Source of the DNA: an uncultured Bacilli bacterium
Lineage (GTDB): Bacteria > Bacillota_I > Bacilli_A > RF39 > UBA660
Length of the DNA: 64,000 nt
Assembly: GCA_947632065.1 (NCBI GenBank)
Contig: CANRNO010000004.1
Location: 42 to 64,041, forward strand
Direction: 5' to 3'
A program made the position numbers and the translations under genes. The notes beneath the pieces are model-generated. The model had not been told where the DNA came from, made no database searches, and saw only the letters and a list, made by a program, of their open reading frames with translations. How positions within the stretch are numbered: position 1 is the stretch's first letter; each line of letters starts with the position of its first letter. This document shows, piece by piece, positions 1 through 9,632 of this stretch.

Positions 1-100
1 AGGAGTTAAATCTCCACACTTATTCTACACTAACATTGGTATAATTATGTACATATTTATTTTATGATTATAGAAAATAAATAAGTGTTATATATGTATA

Positions 101-133
101 AAAATAAAAAGATATTCAAAATAATTTGAATTC
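101..133 (-). terminator. Rho-independent terminator after the DUF2419-like gene
   Basis: Inverted repeat attcaaa (114-120) / tttgaat (125-131) with a 4-nt loop. The A-run at 101-110 on the + strand gives a U-run on the minus transcript. Confidence 0.6.
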
Positions 134-136
134 TTT

Positions 137-1084
137 TTAATAATAAATACAAGTTGTATGATGGTTTGGAGATGATATTTCTTTTTTTCTTCCTGTTTTC
201 CAAATAATATTATCTAGTTCTATTGAGTTAATATTTATGTCTTTATTTTGTAGTTTTTCTTTTATTAATTCTATAACATAAAGCATATTAGCTCTTATTT
301 CTATTTCCATATTATCATCGTGTTCTATTTCTATTTCGTTATCTACAATATTAGAAAGTTCTTTATTATAAACTAGTACTCCATTTGCTCTTAAGACTTT
401 AGGAATAACATAATCAGCACATCCAGTAAGATTATTAACATTTTTTATATTTTTATTAATAGTATCTGATACTCTAAATAAGTCATTAACTAATAAAGAT
501 GCTCTTTTATCAAAGTGAATTTCTACTCCTTTATAATTACTAATATCACGGAAATATTTAAAATTATCTTTTATATAATTTAAAAGTTCTTTATCACAAT
601 TTAAACTAAATAATTCTTTATAAAAGTTATCTTTTTTATTATAAATAACTTGTATTGTGTTTTTAAATAATTTGTATCTTGTATCTTTTAGAGAAAGTGG
701 ACCATAAGGTGTTTTAAATATTTCATAAAATTCTTCCTTTGTTAAGTTATTTAATTTTTCTATATCAAGAAAATTAATATCTTTTTCTACTTCTTTTATA
801 ATAGACATAAATAAAGCTTCTGAACCTTTTAATCTTTCGTTTTTATAATCTATATTAAACTTAGGTTTTTGCCAAAAACAGAAGTTAATACTTTCTAATA
901 GAAACATTAAAAGTATTCTTTGTTTTTCGTTTAATTTTAAATCTTTATTATCAAACCAGTGTTCATAATTTGTATCTGTAATTTCATCTGTGAAATCATT
1001 TAATTTATCATAATTTATTTTTACATAATCACTATTATCGACTACATATTTTATTTGTTCTATTTTACTTTTTTTAATTTCCAT
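137..1084 (-). CDS. Queuosine salvage family protein (DUF2419 / QNG1-like)
   Basis: 315-aa ORF. The motifs ESINFCFW and ADYVIPKVLRANGVLVY...EIEIRA match my recollection of the Q_salvage/DUF2419 family. A 2-nt gap to xseB suggests co-transcription. Confidence 0.7.
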   Translation of the reverse strand: MEIKKSKIEQIKYVVDNSDYVKINYDKLNDFTDEITDTNYEHWFDNKDLKLNEKQRILLMFLLESINFCFWQKPKFNIDYKNERLKGSEALFMSIIKEVEKDINFLDIEKLNNLTKEEFYEIFKTPYGPLSLKDTRYKLFKNTIQVIYNKKDNFYKELFSLNCDKELLNYIKDNFKYFRDISNYKGVEIHFDKRASLLVNDLFRVSDTINKNIKNVNNLTGCADYVIPKVLRANGVLVYNKELSNIVDNEIEIEHDDNMEIEIRANMLYVIELIKEKLQNKDININSIELDNIIWKTGRKKEISSPNHHTTCIYY

Positions 1085-1086
1085 AA

Positions 1087-1314
1087 TTATGCTTCCTCTA
1101 CTTTGAAATCAGACATTGTTTTATCATCATTTATTAATTTGCTTAAAGACTCTTCTGCTCCTTTTAATTTTGCATCACACTCTTTAGCAAGTTTCATTGC
1201 TTCGTTGAATTCTGTTATTGCATTATCTAAAGGAATATCACCTGATTCAAGTTTTTTTACTATTTCTTCTAATTTTGTAAGTTTTTCTTCAAATGTAGCT
1301 TCTTTTTTTGTCAT
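1087..1314 (-). CDS. xseB: Exodeoxyribonuclease VII small subunit
   Basis: 75-aa helical protein (FEEKLTKLEEIVKKLESGDIPLDNAI) sitting immediately downstream of xseA. Confidence 0.85.
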   Translation of the reverse strand: MTKKEATFEEKLTKLEEIVKKLESGDIPLDNAITEFNEAMKLAKECDAKLKGAEESLSKLINDDKTMSDFKVEEA

Positions 1315-1326
1315 TTTAACTACCTC

Positions 1327-2580
1327 CTATATTACTTTTGTGTTGACTGTTCCATCAACAAATTCTACTTCTAATAAATCATTTTTCTTTAAGTCTTTTT
1401 TGGTTGTTATTACTTTACCATCTTTTTTAGTAAATGTATATCCTCTTTTTAAAGTTTTTAGAGGACTTAATGTTTCTAGTTTACCTAATAAATTTACATA
1501 TTTATTTTTCTTATTATCTATTATTTTAGTTGGATCTTTAAATATATAACTAGAAGTTATTTTATGTAGGTCTTCTTTTTTATTTAAAGTTAGATTTTTT
1601 ATACTTGTTTTTAATCTTTCTAAAGTTATATCAAATTGTTGTTCTTTAGCTAGATATAAATTCATTGGATTTTTAAAGATATAACGATTTTTTATTTCTT
1701 CTAATCTTTGTCTATTTATTTGTAATTTATGTATTATTACTTTATTACTTCTTATTTTAAGGTTTTTAATAATTTCTTTTATATTATTTATATTTGGTAC
1801 AGCAAGTTCAGCAGCACCAGTTGGAGTTGGAGCACGTAAGTCCGCAACAAAATCTGCGATAGTAAAATCTACTTCGTGTCCTACTGCACTTATTGTTGGA
1901 ATAGTACAATTGTATATGGCACGAGCAACTATTTCTTCATTAAATGCCCATAAGTCTTCTATACTTCCTCCACCACGTCCTATAATTAAAACATCAAAGT
2001 TAAATTCTTCTGCGAATTTTATTTGTCTTTCTATTGAAAATTTTGCATCTTCTCCTTGTACTAAAGCAGGAAGAAGATAAGTATTAGCAAGTGGCCAACG
2101 TCTTTTAATTGTAGATAATATATCTCTTATAGCTGCACCTGTTGGTGCGGTAATTATTCCTATATTAGTTGGTATTTTAGGAATAGGTTTTTTATGTGCT
2201 GTAGAAAATAATCCTTCTTTTTGTAATTTTTCTTTTAATTGTTCATAGGCAATATAAAGGTTACCTACTCCATCTTCTAACATATCATTAACATATATTT
2301 GATAACTACCTGCGACTTCATAGACATTTACTTTACCTGTTACTAATACTTTCATTCCTTCTTTTGGAATAAACTTTAAATTTTTAGTATTGGATGCGAA
2401 CATAATTGCTGATATACGACTGTTTTCATCTTTTAAAGTAAAATAGTAATGCCCTCTTGTATGAGCCTTAAAATTGGATATTTCACCCTTTATAAAGACT
2501 TCATTTAGATTCTCATCATTATCTAATTTATATTTTATATACCTATTTAATTGACTAATAGTAATATATTTATTATTCAT
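1327..2580 (-). CDS. xseA: Exodeoxyribonuclease VII large subunit
   Basis: N-terminal OB fold (ISQLNRYIKYKL...GEISNFK.H..GH.YFTLKD) followed by the catalytic core. I prefer the ATG at 2580 (GAGGA 5 nt upstream) over the GTG at 2592 used by the ORF track. Confidence 0.9.
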   Translation of the reverse strand: MNNKYITISQLNRYIKYKLDNDENLNEVFIKGEISNFKAHTRGHYYFTLKDENSRISAIMFASNTKNLKFIPKEGMKVLVTGKVNVYEVAGSYQIYVNDMLEDGVGNLYIAYEQLKEKLQKEGLFSTAHKKPIPKIPTNIGIITAPTGAAIRDILSTIKRRWPLANTYLLPALVQGEDAKFSIERQIKFAEEFNFDVLIIGRGGGSIEDLWAFNEEIVARAIYNCTIPTISAVGHEVDFTIADFVADLRAPTPTGAAELAVPNINNIKEIIKNLKIRSNKVIIHKLQINRQRLEEIKNRYIFKNPMNLYLAKEQQFDITLERLKTSIKNLTLNKKEDLHKITSSYIFKDPTKIIDNKKNKYVNLLGKLETLSPLKTLKRGYTFTKKDGKVITTKKDLKKNDLLEVEFVDGTVNTKVI

Positions 2581-2980
2581 GATGATCCTCACTATGATAT
2601 ATTTTATCTAATACAGCATTTAACATTTTTACAACAGCATCATCACTATATTTTTTAGAAAGTTCTATTGCTTCATTAATCGCAACTACACTAGGAGTAT
2701 CTGTATATAAAAGTTCATAGATACCAATTGAAAATATAGCTTTATCTACTTTATTAAGTCTATTAATATCCCATGATTCAAGATATTTATTAGCTTTATT
2801 ATCTATTTCTTTTTGATTTTTTCTAATACCTTCTATTACATCTTTTACAAAGTCATTTTTAACTTCTAATTGTTCTTTTATTAAACTATCTATATCAATA
2901 TCAAGATTTGCTTTTTCCAGTATATAAACTTGATATAAAACTTTCATTATAATTTCTCTTAATTCACTTCTATTTTTCAT
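2573..2980 (-). CDS. nusB: Transcription antitermination factor NusB
   Basis: RSELREIIMKVLYQ...AINEAIELSKKY is typical of NusB. The start is taken at the second ATG (GGTGG 5 nt upstream). The 3' end overlaps xseA. Confidence 0.85.
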   Translation of the reverse strand: MKNRSELREIIMKVLYQVYILEKANLDIDIDSLIKEQLEVKNDFVKDVIEGIRKNQKEIDNKANKYLESWDINRLNKVDKAIFSIGIYELLYTDTPSVVAINEAIELSKKYSDDAVVKMLNAVLDKIYHSEDHHE

Positions 2981-3048
2981 AACTACCACCATTTAAATTT
3001 TATCATATAAAGTGATAAAAGTCATTAAAAAAGAAAAAGATAATTTGT

Positions 3049-3480
3049 TTATCTTTTCATTGTTTTAGTTTTATCATTTGCTTTGTAAATTGTTTCATAT
3101 GGTTTACCATAACCTTCAGATACTTCTATTTTATCCTTGCTTATTTTCATTTTAGTTTTCCAAGGAAATACTGAATCATCTATTTGAGCAAGTTGTGCTG
3201 CTTCTTGTAATTCCCACATAGGTTCATAATCAGTATATAATGTACATTCATCATATAAATTCATTGAGTTTTCTATTTTTTCTGTTAGAGAATCTCTAAA
3301 TATTTCTATTTGTTCTTTTTCTATTTTATTTTTGGTTTTGACTGCTAAAAGCATTGCTAGCATATTAGCCATTTGTCCTTCTTTAGAGTTATCACCGTTA
3401 TCAAAACTATTTGGATTATCAATCTTTTCTACCCACCAATTAACGGCTTCGTTTATTATTTGTTCATCATTATTTTTCAT
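3049..3480 (-). CDS. Hypothetical cytoplasmic protein, tandem paralog A (143 aa)
   Basis: ORF with a Shine-Dalgarno (SD) sequence. Shares NEAVNWW.EK and DY.P.W.L..AA..A.IDDSVFPWKT.MKI.K.K.EVSEGY.KPY.TIYK with the neighbouring ORF. I do not recognise the family. Confidence 0.7.
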   Translation of the reverse strand: MKNNDEQIINEAVNWWVEKIDNPNSFDNGDNSKEGQMANMLAMLLAVKTKNKIEKEQIEIFRDSLTEKIENSMNLYDECTLYTDYEPMWELQEAAQLAQIDDSVFPWKTKMKISKDKIEVSEGYGKPYETIYKANDKTKTMKR

Positions 3481-3499
3481 TATATTAAATTCCTTTCTT

Positions 3500-3943
3500 T
3501 TAATTATATTTTTTTGTTTTAATAACTTTACATGTTTTATAAATTGTTTTGTATGGTTTTTTATATCCTTCGGATACTTCTACTTTTTCTTTATTTATTT
3601 TCATTATAGTTTTCCAAGGAAATACTGAATCATCTATTTTTGCTGTTTTAGCAGCTGTTTTTAGTTGCCACTTTGGATCATAGTCAGTACATAATATACA
3701 TTCTCCACGTAAAGATAGTGCTTCTTCTAGTTGTTCTGTTAGTGATAATTTAAAGATTTCTATTTTTTCTTGAGTTAATTCATTTTCATTTTTAGCATTA
3801 TTAATAATAGAAATCATAGTTAACATTTGCTCTTTGGTATATTCATCTTCTGTTGCGGAAATCTCTATTGGATTTTCTAATTTTTCTATCCACCAATTAA
3901 CGGCTTTATTTATTATTTGATCAATATCATCATTATTTTTCAT
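3500..3943 (-). CDS. Hypothetical cytoplasmic protein, tandem paralog B (147 aa)
   Basis: Paralog of 3049-3480 with the same conserved blocks. Family not recognised. Confidence 0.7.
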   Translation of the reverse strand: MKNNDDIDQIINKAVNWWIEKLENPIEISATEDEYTKEQMLTMISIINNAKNENELTQEKIEIFKLSLTEQLEEALSLRGECILCTDYDPKWQLKTAAKTAKIDDSVFPWKTIMKINKEKVEVSEGYKKPYKTIYKTCKVIKTKKYN

Positions 3944-4008
3944 TGTATTATTTTCCTTCCTTTTAGTATTTTATATTATAATTAAATACTTTATAATTGT
4001 CAATACAA

Positions 4009-4034
4009 AGAAAAAACGAACATTAAGTTCGTTA
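4009..4034 (-). terminator. Rho-independent terminator after the small membrane ORF
   Basis: Stem aacgaac (4015-4021) / gttcgtt (4027-4033) with a 5-nt loop. The A-run at 4009-4014 gives a U-run on the minus strand. Overlaps the stop codon at 4032-4034. Confidence 0.65.
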
Positions 4035-4202
4035 CATATCCATATCATCTAACTTATATGCTACATCTGTTGCCATATTTTGAATTGTTTTCTTCATATC
4101 ATTTATCATATTAGGATTTTTCTTTTTATACATCATATAAGTAGCGATACCTATTCCTGCGAAGAGTGCTAAAGTCATTGTACTTGACATCATTTTTTTC
4201 AT
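4032..4202 (-). CDS. Small membrane protein (56 aa), absent from the ORF track
   Basis: Hand translation gives MKKMMSSTMTLALFAGIGIATYMMYKKKNPNMINDMKKTIQNMATDVAYKLDDMDM. GAGGTGA lies 7-8 nt upstream, there is one predicted TM helix, and the ORF has its own terminator. Confidence 0.55.
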   Translation of the reverse strand: MKKMMSSTMTLALFAGIGIATYMMYKKKNPNMINDMKKTIQNMATDVAYKLDDMDM

Positions 4203-4237
4203 ATTTTTCACCTCATGTTTATTATGAGATAAATACT

Positions 4238-6427
4238 TTATTTTATACCATTTATTAGAAATTCTTTAATTGTTGTTCTTCTATTTAAATTAGATTCATT
4301 ATGTATAGCAAAGTCTAATTGTTTTATATCTCCAATTAGGAATAGTTTCTTTTTACAACGTGTTACTCCTGTATAAATTAATTTACGATAAAGCATTTTA
4401 TGAAAACTTTTGACAAGAGGAATTATTACGACATCAGTTTCACTTCCTTGGGATTTATGAATGCTTATGGCAAAAGCATGTTTAAAATTTGAAAAGTTTG
4501 ATGGTGTATATTTTACTATGTTTCCATCAAAATCTATATAGATTGCTTTATTTTTACCATTTTCTATTCTAGTAATTATTCCTATATCTCCATTATATAC
4601 ATTATCATCTGGCATATTAGTAAGTTGTATTACTTTATCTTTTTCTCTATAAGTTATATCTTTTATAATTAATTCTTTTTTAGTTCTAGTTTTAGGATTA
4701 AATAGCTCTTGTAGATGAATATTTAAGTTATCTATTCCATTAATTGTTTTATACATTGGTGCGAGTACTTGGAAATCTTTATATGATAAATCTTTAAATG
4801 TTTCACTTGTAAGTAATACTTTATTTATAACTTCACTATCTCTACATTTAATAAAGGTTAAATCTTCATTTATATTAAATATTTTTTCATCAAATACTTT
4901 TTCTCTTATGTTGTAAGCAAGAGTTAAAATAGATGAATCATCATCTTGACGATAAAGTGTATTCAAGTGAATAGTATCTATCATTTTACTTTCTATAAAA
5001 TCTTGTAGTAATTGTCCTGGTCCTACACTTGGAAGTTGTTCATAATCTCCTACTATTATTATTTTAGTATTAGTATGTAATCCTTTTAATAAATTATAAA
5101 ATAAAAACATATCTATCATACTTGCTTCATCTATTATGACAATTTCTGTATCACTTTTTGAATATTCATTTACTGCGAATGTATCATTGTCTTTATTCCA
5201 TTTTAAGAATCTATGAATAGTAGATGCTTTGAAGTTAGTTACTTCGCTCATTCTTTTAGCGGCACGTCCTGTTGGTGCGAGTAGTGTTATTTTTTCTTGT
5301 AATTTTTTATTATTTAATTTAGTAGTTTGTTTATATAACTCTATAATACCACGAAGAATAGTAGTTTTTCCTGTTCCTGGTCCTCCTGTTATTATTAGAA
5401 GGTTTTTAAGATATGCATCTCTTATGGCATCTTCTTGTTCTTTGTTATAATCTATATTCATATATTCTTCTAATTGTTTTATTTCTTCTTCTATGCTTTT
5501 GTCTTTTAAAGGTTTTTGATGGGATAATAATCTAAGTCTTTTACATATAAACTCTTCTGCTTCTAATGATTCAAATAAATATATTCTGTTTTCTTTTTTT
5601 ACTATTTTAAGATCTATTTCTAAATCTTCCATTGCTATTTCATATGTAGACTCTGTGACTTGAAAACCTAAAACTCTTGGTAAGTAGTAAAGTATTTCTT
5701 CTTCTTTAAAATAACTATGTCCATAGGTTTCCATTAGTGTTCTTAAAACGTAGCATATACTAGCTTTTACTCTATTAAGATCTTCTTTATCATGTCCGTT
5801 ATTTAAATAGATATAGTCTACTCTTTTAAATGTTATAGAATTTATTCTAGATACTATATCATATATATCATTATTTATTATATCTTCACATTTTTCACGA
5901 TAGCAATTATATATTTTCATTGCTTCTTTATTTGAAAAACCTAAATCAGAAAGTTTTATAATAGTTTTATAACTAGATTCATATTCTATTAGTTTATCAT
6001 GTAACATTTTAGCATTTTTCTCAGTAATAGTTGGTATTAACACTAAATTAGAAGGATTTTCTAAAATAACGTTTAGGGTATCTTTCCCTAAAACTTCAAC
6101 TATTTTTTTAGCTTTTCTTTTACCTATACCTTTAAAGATACTACTACTTAAAAACTCCAGTATAGCATCTTTTTCTTCTGGTTTGACTCTTTCATACTTT
6201 TCTGTTTGAAATTGATCTCCATATTTGGGATGAGTTATTAATTTACCATAAAATATATAATTATCTATTTCATTTAAATCATGAAAATATCCTGTAAAAG
6301 TAATACTTCTATTTATATAATCTTTTAAATCTTCACTATCTGTTTCTGATATTTTAAAAAGTCCAATTGTATATCCATTATCTCCTTCGAATATGGCTTT
6401 TTTAAATTGTCCTTTAATATATGTCAT
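4238..6427 (-). CDS. recD2: RecD2-type SF1B ATP-dependent DNA helicase (YrrC-like)
   Basis: 729 aa. Walker A ITGGPGTGKTT, IIDEASMID, GDYEQLPSVGPG, a C-terminal SH3-like region and AISIHKSQGSE. The N-terminal HhH region is typical of RecD2. Confidence 0.9.
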   Translation of the reverse strand: MTYIKGQFKKAIFEGDNGYTIGLFKISETDSEDLKDYINRSITFTGYFHDLNEIDNYIFYGKLITHPKYGDQFQTEKYERVKPEEKDAILEFLSSSIFKGIGKRKAKKIVEVLGKDTLNVILENPSNLVLIPTITEKNAKMLHDKLIEYESSYKTIIKLSDLGFSNKEAMKIYNCYREKCEDIINNDIYDIVSRINSITFKRVDYIYLNNGHDKEDLNRVKASICYVLRTLMETYGHSYFKEEEILYYLPRVLGFQVTESTYEIAMEDLEIDLKIVKKENRIYLFESLEAEEFICKRLRLLSHQKPLKDKSIEEEIKQLEEYMNIDYNKEQEDAIRDAYLKNLLIITGGPGTGKTTILRGIIELYKQTTKLNNKKLQEKITLLAPTGRAAKRMSEVTNFKASTIHRFLKWNKDNDTFAVNEYSKSDTEIVIIDEASMIDMFLFYNLLKGLHTNTKIIIVGDYEQLPSVGPGQLLQDFIESKMIDTIHLNTLYRQDDDSSILTLAYNIREKVFDEKIFNINEDLTFIKCRDSEVINKVLLTSETFKDLSYKDFQVLAPMYKTINGIDNLNIHLQELFNPKTRTKKELIIKDITYREKDKVIQLTNMPDDNVYNGDIGIITRIENGKNKAIYIDFDGNIVKYTPSNFSNFKHAFAISIHKSQGSETDVVIIPLVKSFHKMLYRKLIYTGVTRCKKKLFLIGDIKQLDFAIHNESNLNRRTTIKEFLINGIK

Positions 6428-7701
6428 TTTACTTCTTCACCTATTACATAAGGATATTCTATTTTTATAAGTTTTACTTTTACAAAGGTATTAGATTTAT
6501 ATTTACCTTTTATTTTAATGTGTAAAAAGTTAGATGTATGCCCATAACTAAACCCATTTTTTTCTCTTTCAATTAAGACATCTAAGTTTTTTCCAATGAA
6601 TTTTTCAAAATATTTAATTTCTAATTCTTTAGATACTTTAATTAGAGTTCTCGCTCTTTGTTTTTTTAAAGCCTCATCTACTTGTTCAGTCATGTCTGCT
6701 GCTTTAGTATTTTTTCTTTTAGAATATGGAAATACATGTATTTTAGAAAAACCTATTTCTCTTGCAGTATCAATTGTTTTTTGGAATAATTCATCTGTTT
6801 CTTTAGGAAATCCTACTATTATATCTGTACTTATTGAAATATCTTTTCTTATATCTCTAACTTTTTTGATTATTTTTTTATATTCATCTAAATTATATTT
6901 TCTATTCATTTCTTTTAGGATTTCGTCACTACCAGCTTGTAGTGGTATATGTAAATGATCTACTATAATATCATTTTCTTTTATAACTTCTAATACTTCA
7001 TCTGTTATTTCTATAGGTTCAATTGATGAAATACGTAATCTTTTTAATCCTTTTATTTTAACTATTTTTTTAAGAAGGTCTGCGAAAGTAATATCTAAGT
7101 CTACTCCATAGTTTCCTGTATGTATACCTGTTAGAACTACTTCTTGATATCCGTTATTTACTAGTGAAGTAATTTCTTCTATTACTTTAGATTCATCTTT
7201 ACTTCTACATTTACCACGAACAAAAGGAATAATACAGTAACTACAGAAGTTTTCACATCCATCTTGAATTTTTACAAAAGCTCTAGTTCTTTTAGAAAAG
7301 TCATCTATATACATATCTTCAAACTCGTCTTTTTCTTCTTTATATAAATCTCTTATTTCTTCTCTTTTCTTAAACCATTCATCAAGTAACTCTACTATTT
7401 TAGATTTATCTTTAGTACCTATAACAATATCTAGCCCATCTTCTTTATAATCTTTATTGGCTTCTATAAAACATCCCATCGCAACTACACAAGCATTTGG
7501 ATTTTGTCTAATAGCTCTTTTAATCATCTTTCTTGATTTTGTATCACTGGTATTAGTAACAGTACAAGTATTAATTATATAAACATCACAAAAACTAGAG
7601 AAGTCTTCTATCTCATATCCTGCTTTTTTTAACTCGTTTATTACATATTCACTTTCATATAAGTTAACTTTACATCCTAATGTTAATACTCCTACTTTCA
7701 C
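6424..7701 (-). CDS. mtaB: Radical-SAM methylthiotransferase, MtaB-like (ms2t6A)
   Basis: N-terminal TLGCKVNLYESE, radical-SAM CENFCSYCIIP and a C-terminal TRAM-like end. 4-nt overlap with recD2. Confidence 0.75.
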   Translation of the reverse strand: MKVGVLTLGCKVNLYESEYVINELKKAGYEIEDFSSFCDVYIINTCTVTNTSDTKSRKMIKRAIRQNPNACVVAMGCFIEANKDYKEDGLDIVIGTKDKSKIVELLDEWFKKREEIRDLYKEEKDEFEDMYIDDFSKRTRAFVKIQDGCENFCSYCIIPFVRGKCRSKDESKVIEEITSLVNNGYQEVVLTGIHTGNYGVDLDITFADLLKKIVKIKGLKRLRISSIEPIEITDEVLEVIKENDIIVDHLHIPLQAGSDEILKEMNRKYNLDEYKKIIKKVRDIRKDISISTDIIVGFPKETDELFQKTIDTAREIGFSKIHVFPYSKRKNTKAADMTEQVDEALKKQRARTLIKVSKELEIKYFEKFIGKNLDVLIEREKNGFSYGHTSNFLHIKIKGKYKSNTFVKVKLIKIEYPYVIGEEVK

Positions 7702-7737
7702 GACTATACCTCCAGACTTATTAAATTATACCATACA

Positions 7738-7761
7738 AAAACTACTTTTGAAAGTAGTTTT
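7738..7761 (-). terminator. Hairpin terminator after the 162-aa ORF
   Basis: aaaactacttt (7738-7748) / aaagtagtttt (7751-7761), a perfect inverted repeat with A/T-runs on both flanks. Confidence 0.55.
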
Positions 7762-7773
7762 CGAATTTTTGTT

Positions 7774-8262
7774 TTATTTTTTTGTATATGAATTACTATT
7801 AATTTTTTCTTTTAATTCTTTGTAAGTTGGGCTTGCAAAAACTGCGACGTTTTTAAAAGAATTATAATATGTTTCATGTTTTATATTTGTATCTTCACTC
7901 ATCATTTTATCAAGTAAAAGTATTTTATCTTTTGTAGATTCTCTGTTTTCTTTTATATTTAATATTGCGGCAGTTAAATATCTTCTTTTTTCAAGAATAT
8001 CTTCTAATTCATTAGAATTATATTTTTCTAATCCTTTTAAAAATACATATTTTTCTACATCAGTATCAAAAGAGTTATATAATTCTCTTTCTGTATCACT
8101 CATTAATTCTTCTTCATTTTTATAACCATTATTACCTATCATTACTAATTTTTTAGTATTATTATTGAAATTTAATTTACCTTTAATAGTATTTATAATA
8201 ACTTCTATTCCAAAATATTCATTACCGTCTGAGTAATAATTTACTCCTCTTTCATCACCCAT
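7774..8262 (-). CDS. Hypothetical protein (162 aa)
   Basis: ORF with a strong SD (AGGAGG 7 nt upstream). No recognisable motif. Confidence 0.6.
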   Translation of the reverse strand: MGDERGVNYYSDGNEYFGIEVIINTIKGKLNFNNNTKKLVMIGNNGYKNEEELMSDTERELYNSFDTDVEKYVFLKGLEKYNSNELEDILEKRRYLTAAILNIKENRESTKDKILLLDKMMSEDTNIKHETYYNSFKNVAVFASPTYKELKEKINSNSYTKK

Positions 8263-8334
8263 AATAATCCTCCTTCTTGATAGATTATTATATAGTAAAT
8301 GATTATTATTTTCAATAATATTTTATTATATAAG

Positions 8335-8366
8335 AAAAAAGAGATTCTCTATTTATGAGAATCTCT
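8335..8366 (-). terminator. Rho-independent terminator after the histidine kinase gene
   Basis: Perfect 10-bp inverted repeat agagattctc / gagaatctct flanking the stop codon. The A-run at 8335-8340 gives a U-run on the minus strand. Confidence 0.75.
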
Positions 8367-9632
8367 ACTTATTATAAACGATACTCCTTTCTTTTCATTT
8401 TTGACTACTACATCATAACCTAGAATATTTAACGTTTTCTTTACAATTGATAATCCTAGACCAAATTGACCTTTTATCCCTTTTCGGAACGGTGTAAATA
8501 TTCCTTCCAAGAGATTAGTATCAATATGAGGTCCATCATTATATAAAATTAGTCTATTGTTTTTGGCAATTATTTTTATTTTTGTATCAGCATATCGTAA
8601 GAAGTTACCTAATAGATTATCTAATATTGTTTCCCAATGTTCTACAGTTCCATAATAAATAGATTTCTTGTCCGTTTCTAAAATAAATTTTAAATCTTTT
8701 CTTTGGAACTTAAACTTTTCTATTTCTTCTTTTAGTATTTCTTTCATATCTACAACTTTAATATCTATGTCTTTTGTATCTTTTAGATAATCTAATTTGT
8801 TTAAGTAAAGAAGTGAGTGTACTTTTTGTTCTAATTTATTAGTTTGTTCTTCTATAATGTGAAAAGCGTTCTTTGGTTTTTCTACTTTATCATTTACTGC
8901 TTCTATATATGATTTTATAACAGTGAGAGGAGTTTTAAAATCATGAGAAATGTTTTGATACATTTGATTACGATATTCACCTTGATTTTTTAAAGATATT
9001 CTCATATCTTCAATTGCCAAACCTAAAGATCTGATTTCATCATCAATTTTAAAGTCTATGTTATGATTATAGTCTTCATTATCTATATTATCAACTTTAT
9101 TTTTTAATTTTTCTATTTTTTTTACTATAATAGAACTCCAAACAACAAGAATTAAAGAGATGAGAGCGAAAGTAAATAAAACTACTGGAAGAATAGCTTT
9201 TAGGATATCTTCTTTTGTTTCATTTATATAAGAATCGTTTGTGAGTGCTATTTTAGTTATATCTCCACTTGTTATTTTATAGTAATAATAGTTTTGATTA
9301 TCGTATTTAAATTTTCCTTGAGTATCTTTTATTTTATTTACTATATTTTTTATATTTTTATATTTAATGATAGAATGTATATTTTCACTTATTACTACTT
9401 CGTTTGGAATAATATAAATATATCCTACTTTAGTATTATTTAGATAGTCTTTACTATCTACATCGGTTCTTATTACTTCTAGAGGTTCTTTTAATCTATT
9501 ATATATATTTTCTTCTGCGACTGGAATTAACATTTGGGGAAGTATTATTCCAAGGCAGATAAATACTATTGCAAATACTAATACAATTAAACTTAATAAT
9601 TGTTTACTTAATCTATTTCTTTTATAACTCAT
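8349..9632 (-). CDS. Sensor histidine kinase (two TM helices, HAMP-like, HisKA, HATPase_c)
   Basis: H-box ISHDFKTPLT, N-box LLGNFLRYA, G-box GLGLSIVK. 4-nt overlap with the response regulator gene. Confidence 0.85.
   Translation of the reverse strand: MSYKRNRLSKQLLSLIVLVFAIVFICLGIILPQMLIPVAEENIYNRLKEPLEVIRTDVDSKDYLNNTKVGYIYIIPNEVVISENIHSIIKYKNIKNIVNKIKDTQGKFKYDNQNYYYYKITSGDITKIALTNDSYINETKEDILKAILPVVLFTFALISLILVVWSSIIVKKIEKLKNKVDNIDNEDYNHNIDFKIDDEIRSLGLAIEDMRISLKNQGEYRNQMYQNISHDFKTPLTVIKSYIEAVNDKVEKPKNAFHIIEEQTNKLEQKVHSLLYLNKLDYLKDTKDIDIKVVDMKEILKEEIEKFKFQRKDLKFILETDKKSIYYGTVEHWETILDNLLGNFLRYADTKIKIIAKNNRLILYNDGPHIDTNLLEGIFTPFRKGIKGQFGLGLSIVKKTLNILGYDVVVKNEKKGVSFIISRDSHK

Larger units (their letters stand above)
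3049..3943 (-). repeat. Tandem gene duplication, period about 451 bp
   Basis: Identical nucleotide patches occur in both copies: ttttccaaggaaatactgaatcatctattt at about 3156 and about 3607, and ccaccaattaacggct at about 3433 and about 3890. Confidence 0.8.

Noticed and set aside
22-48. A plus-strand extended -10 promoter-like element (TGGTATAAT at about 38-46) at the window start.
   Set aside because: No plus-strand gene follows and it would fire antisense into the DUF2419 gene. TATAAT-like strings are frequent in DNA this AT-rich, and there is no good -35 at the proper spacing.
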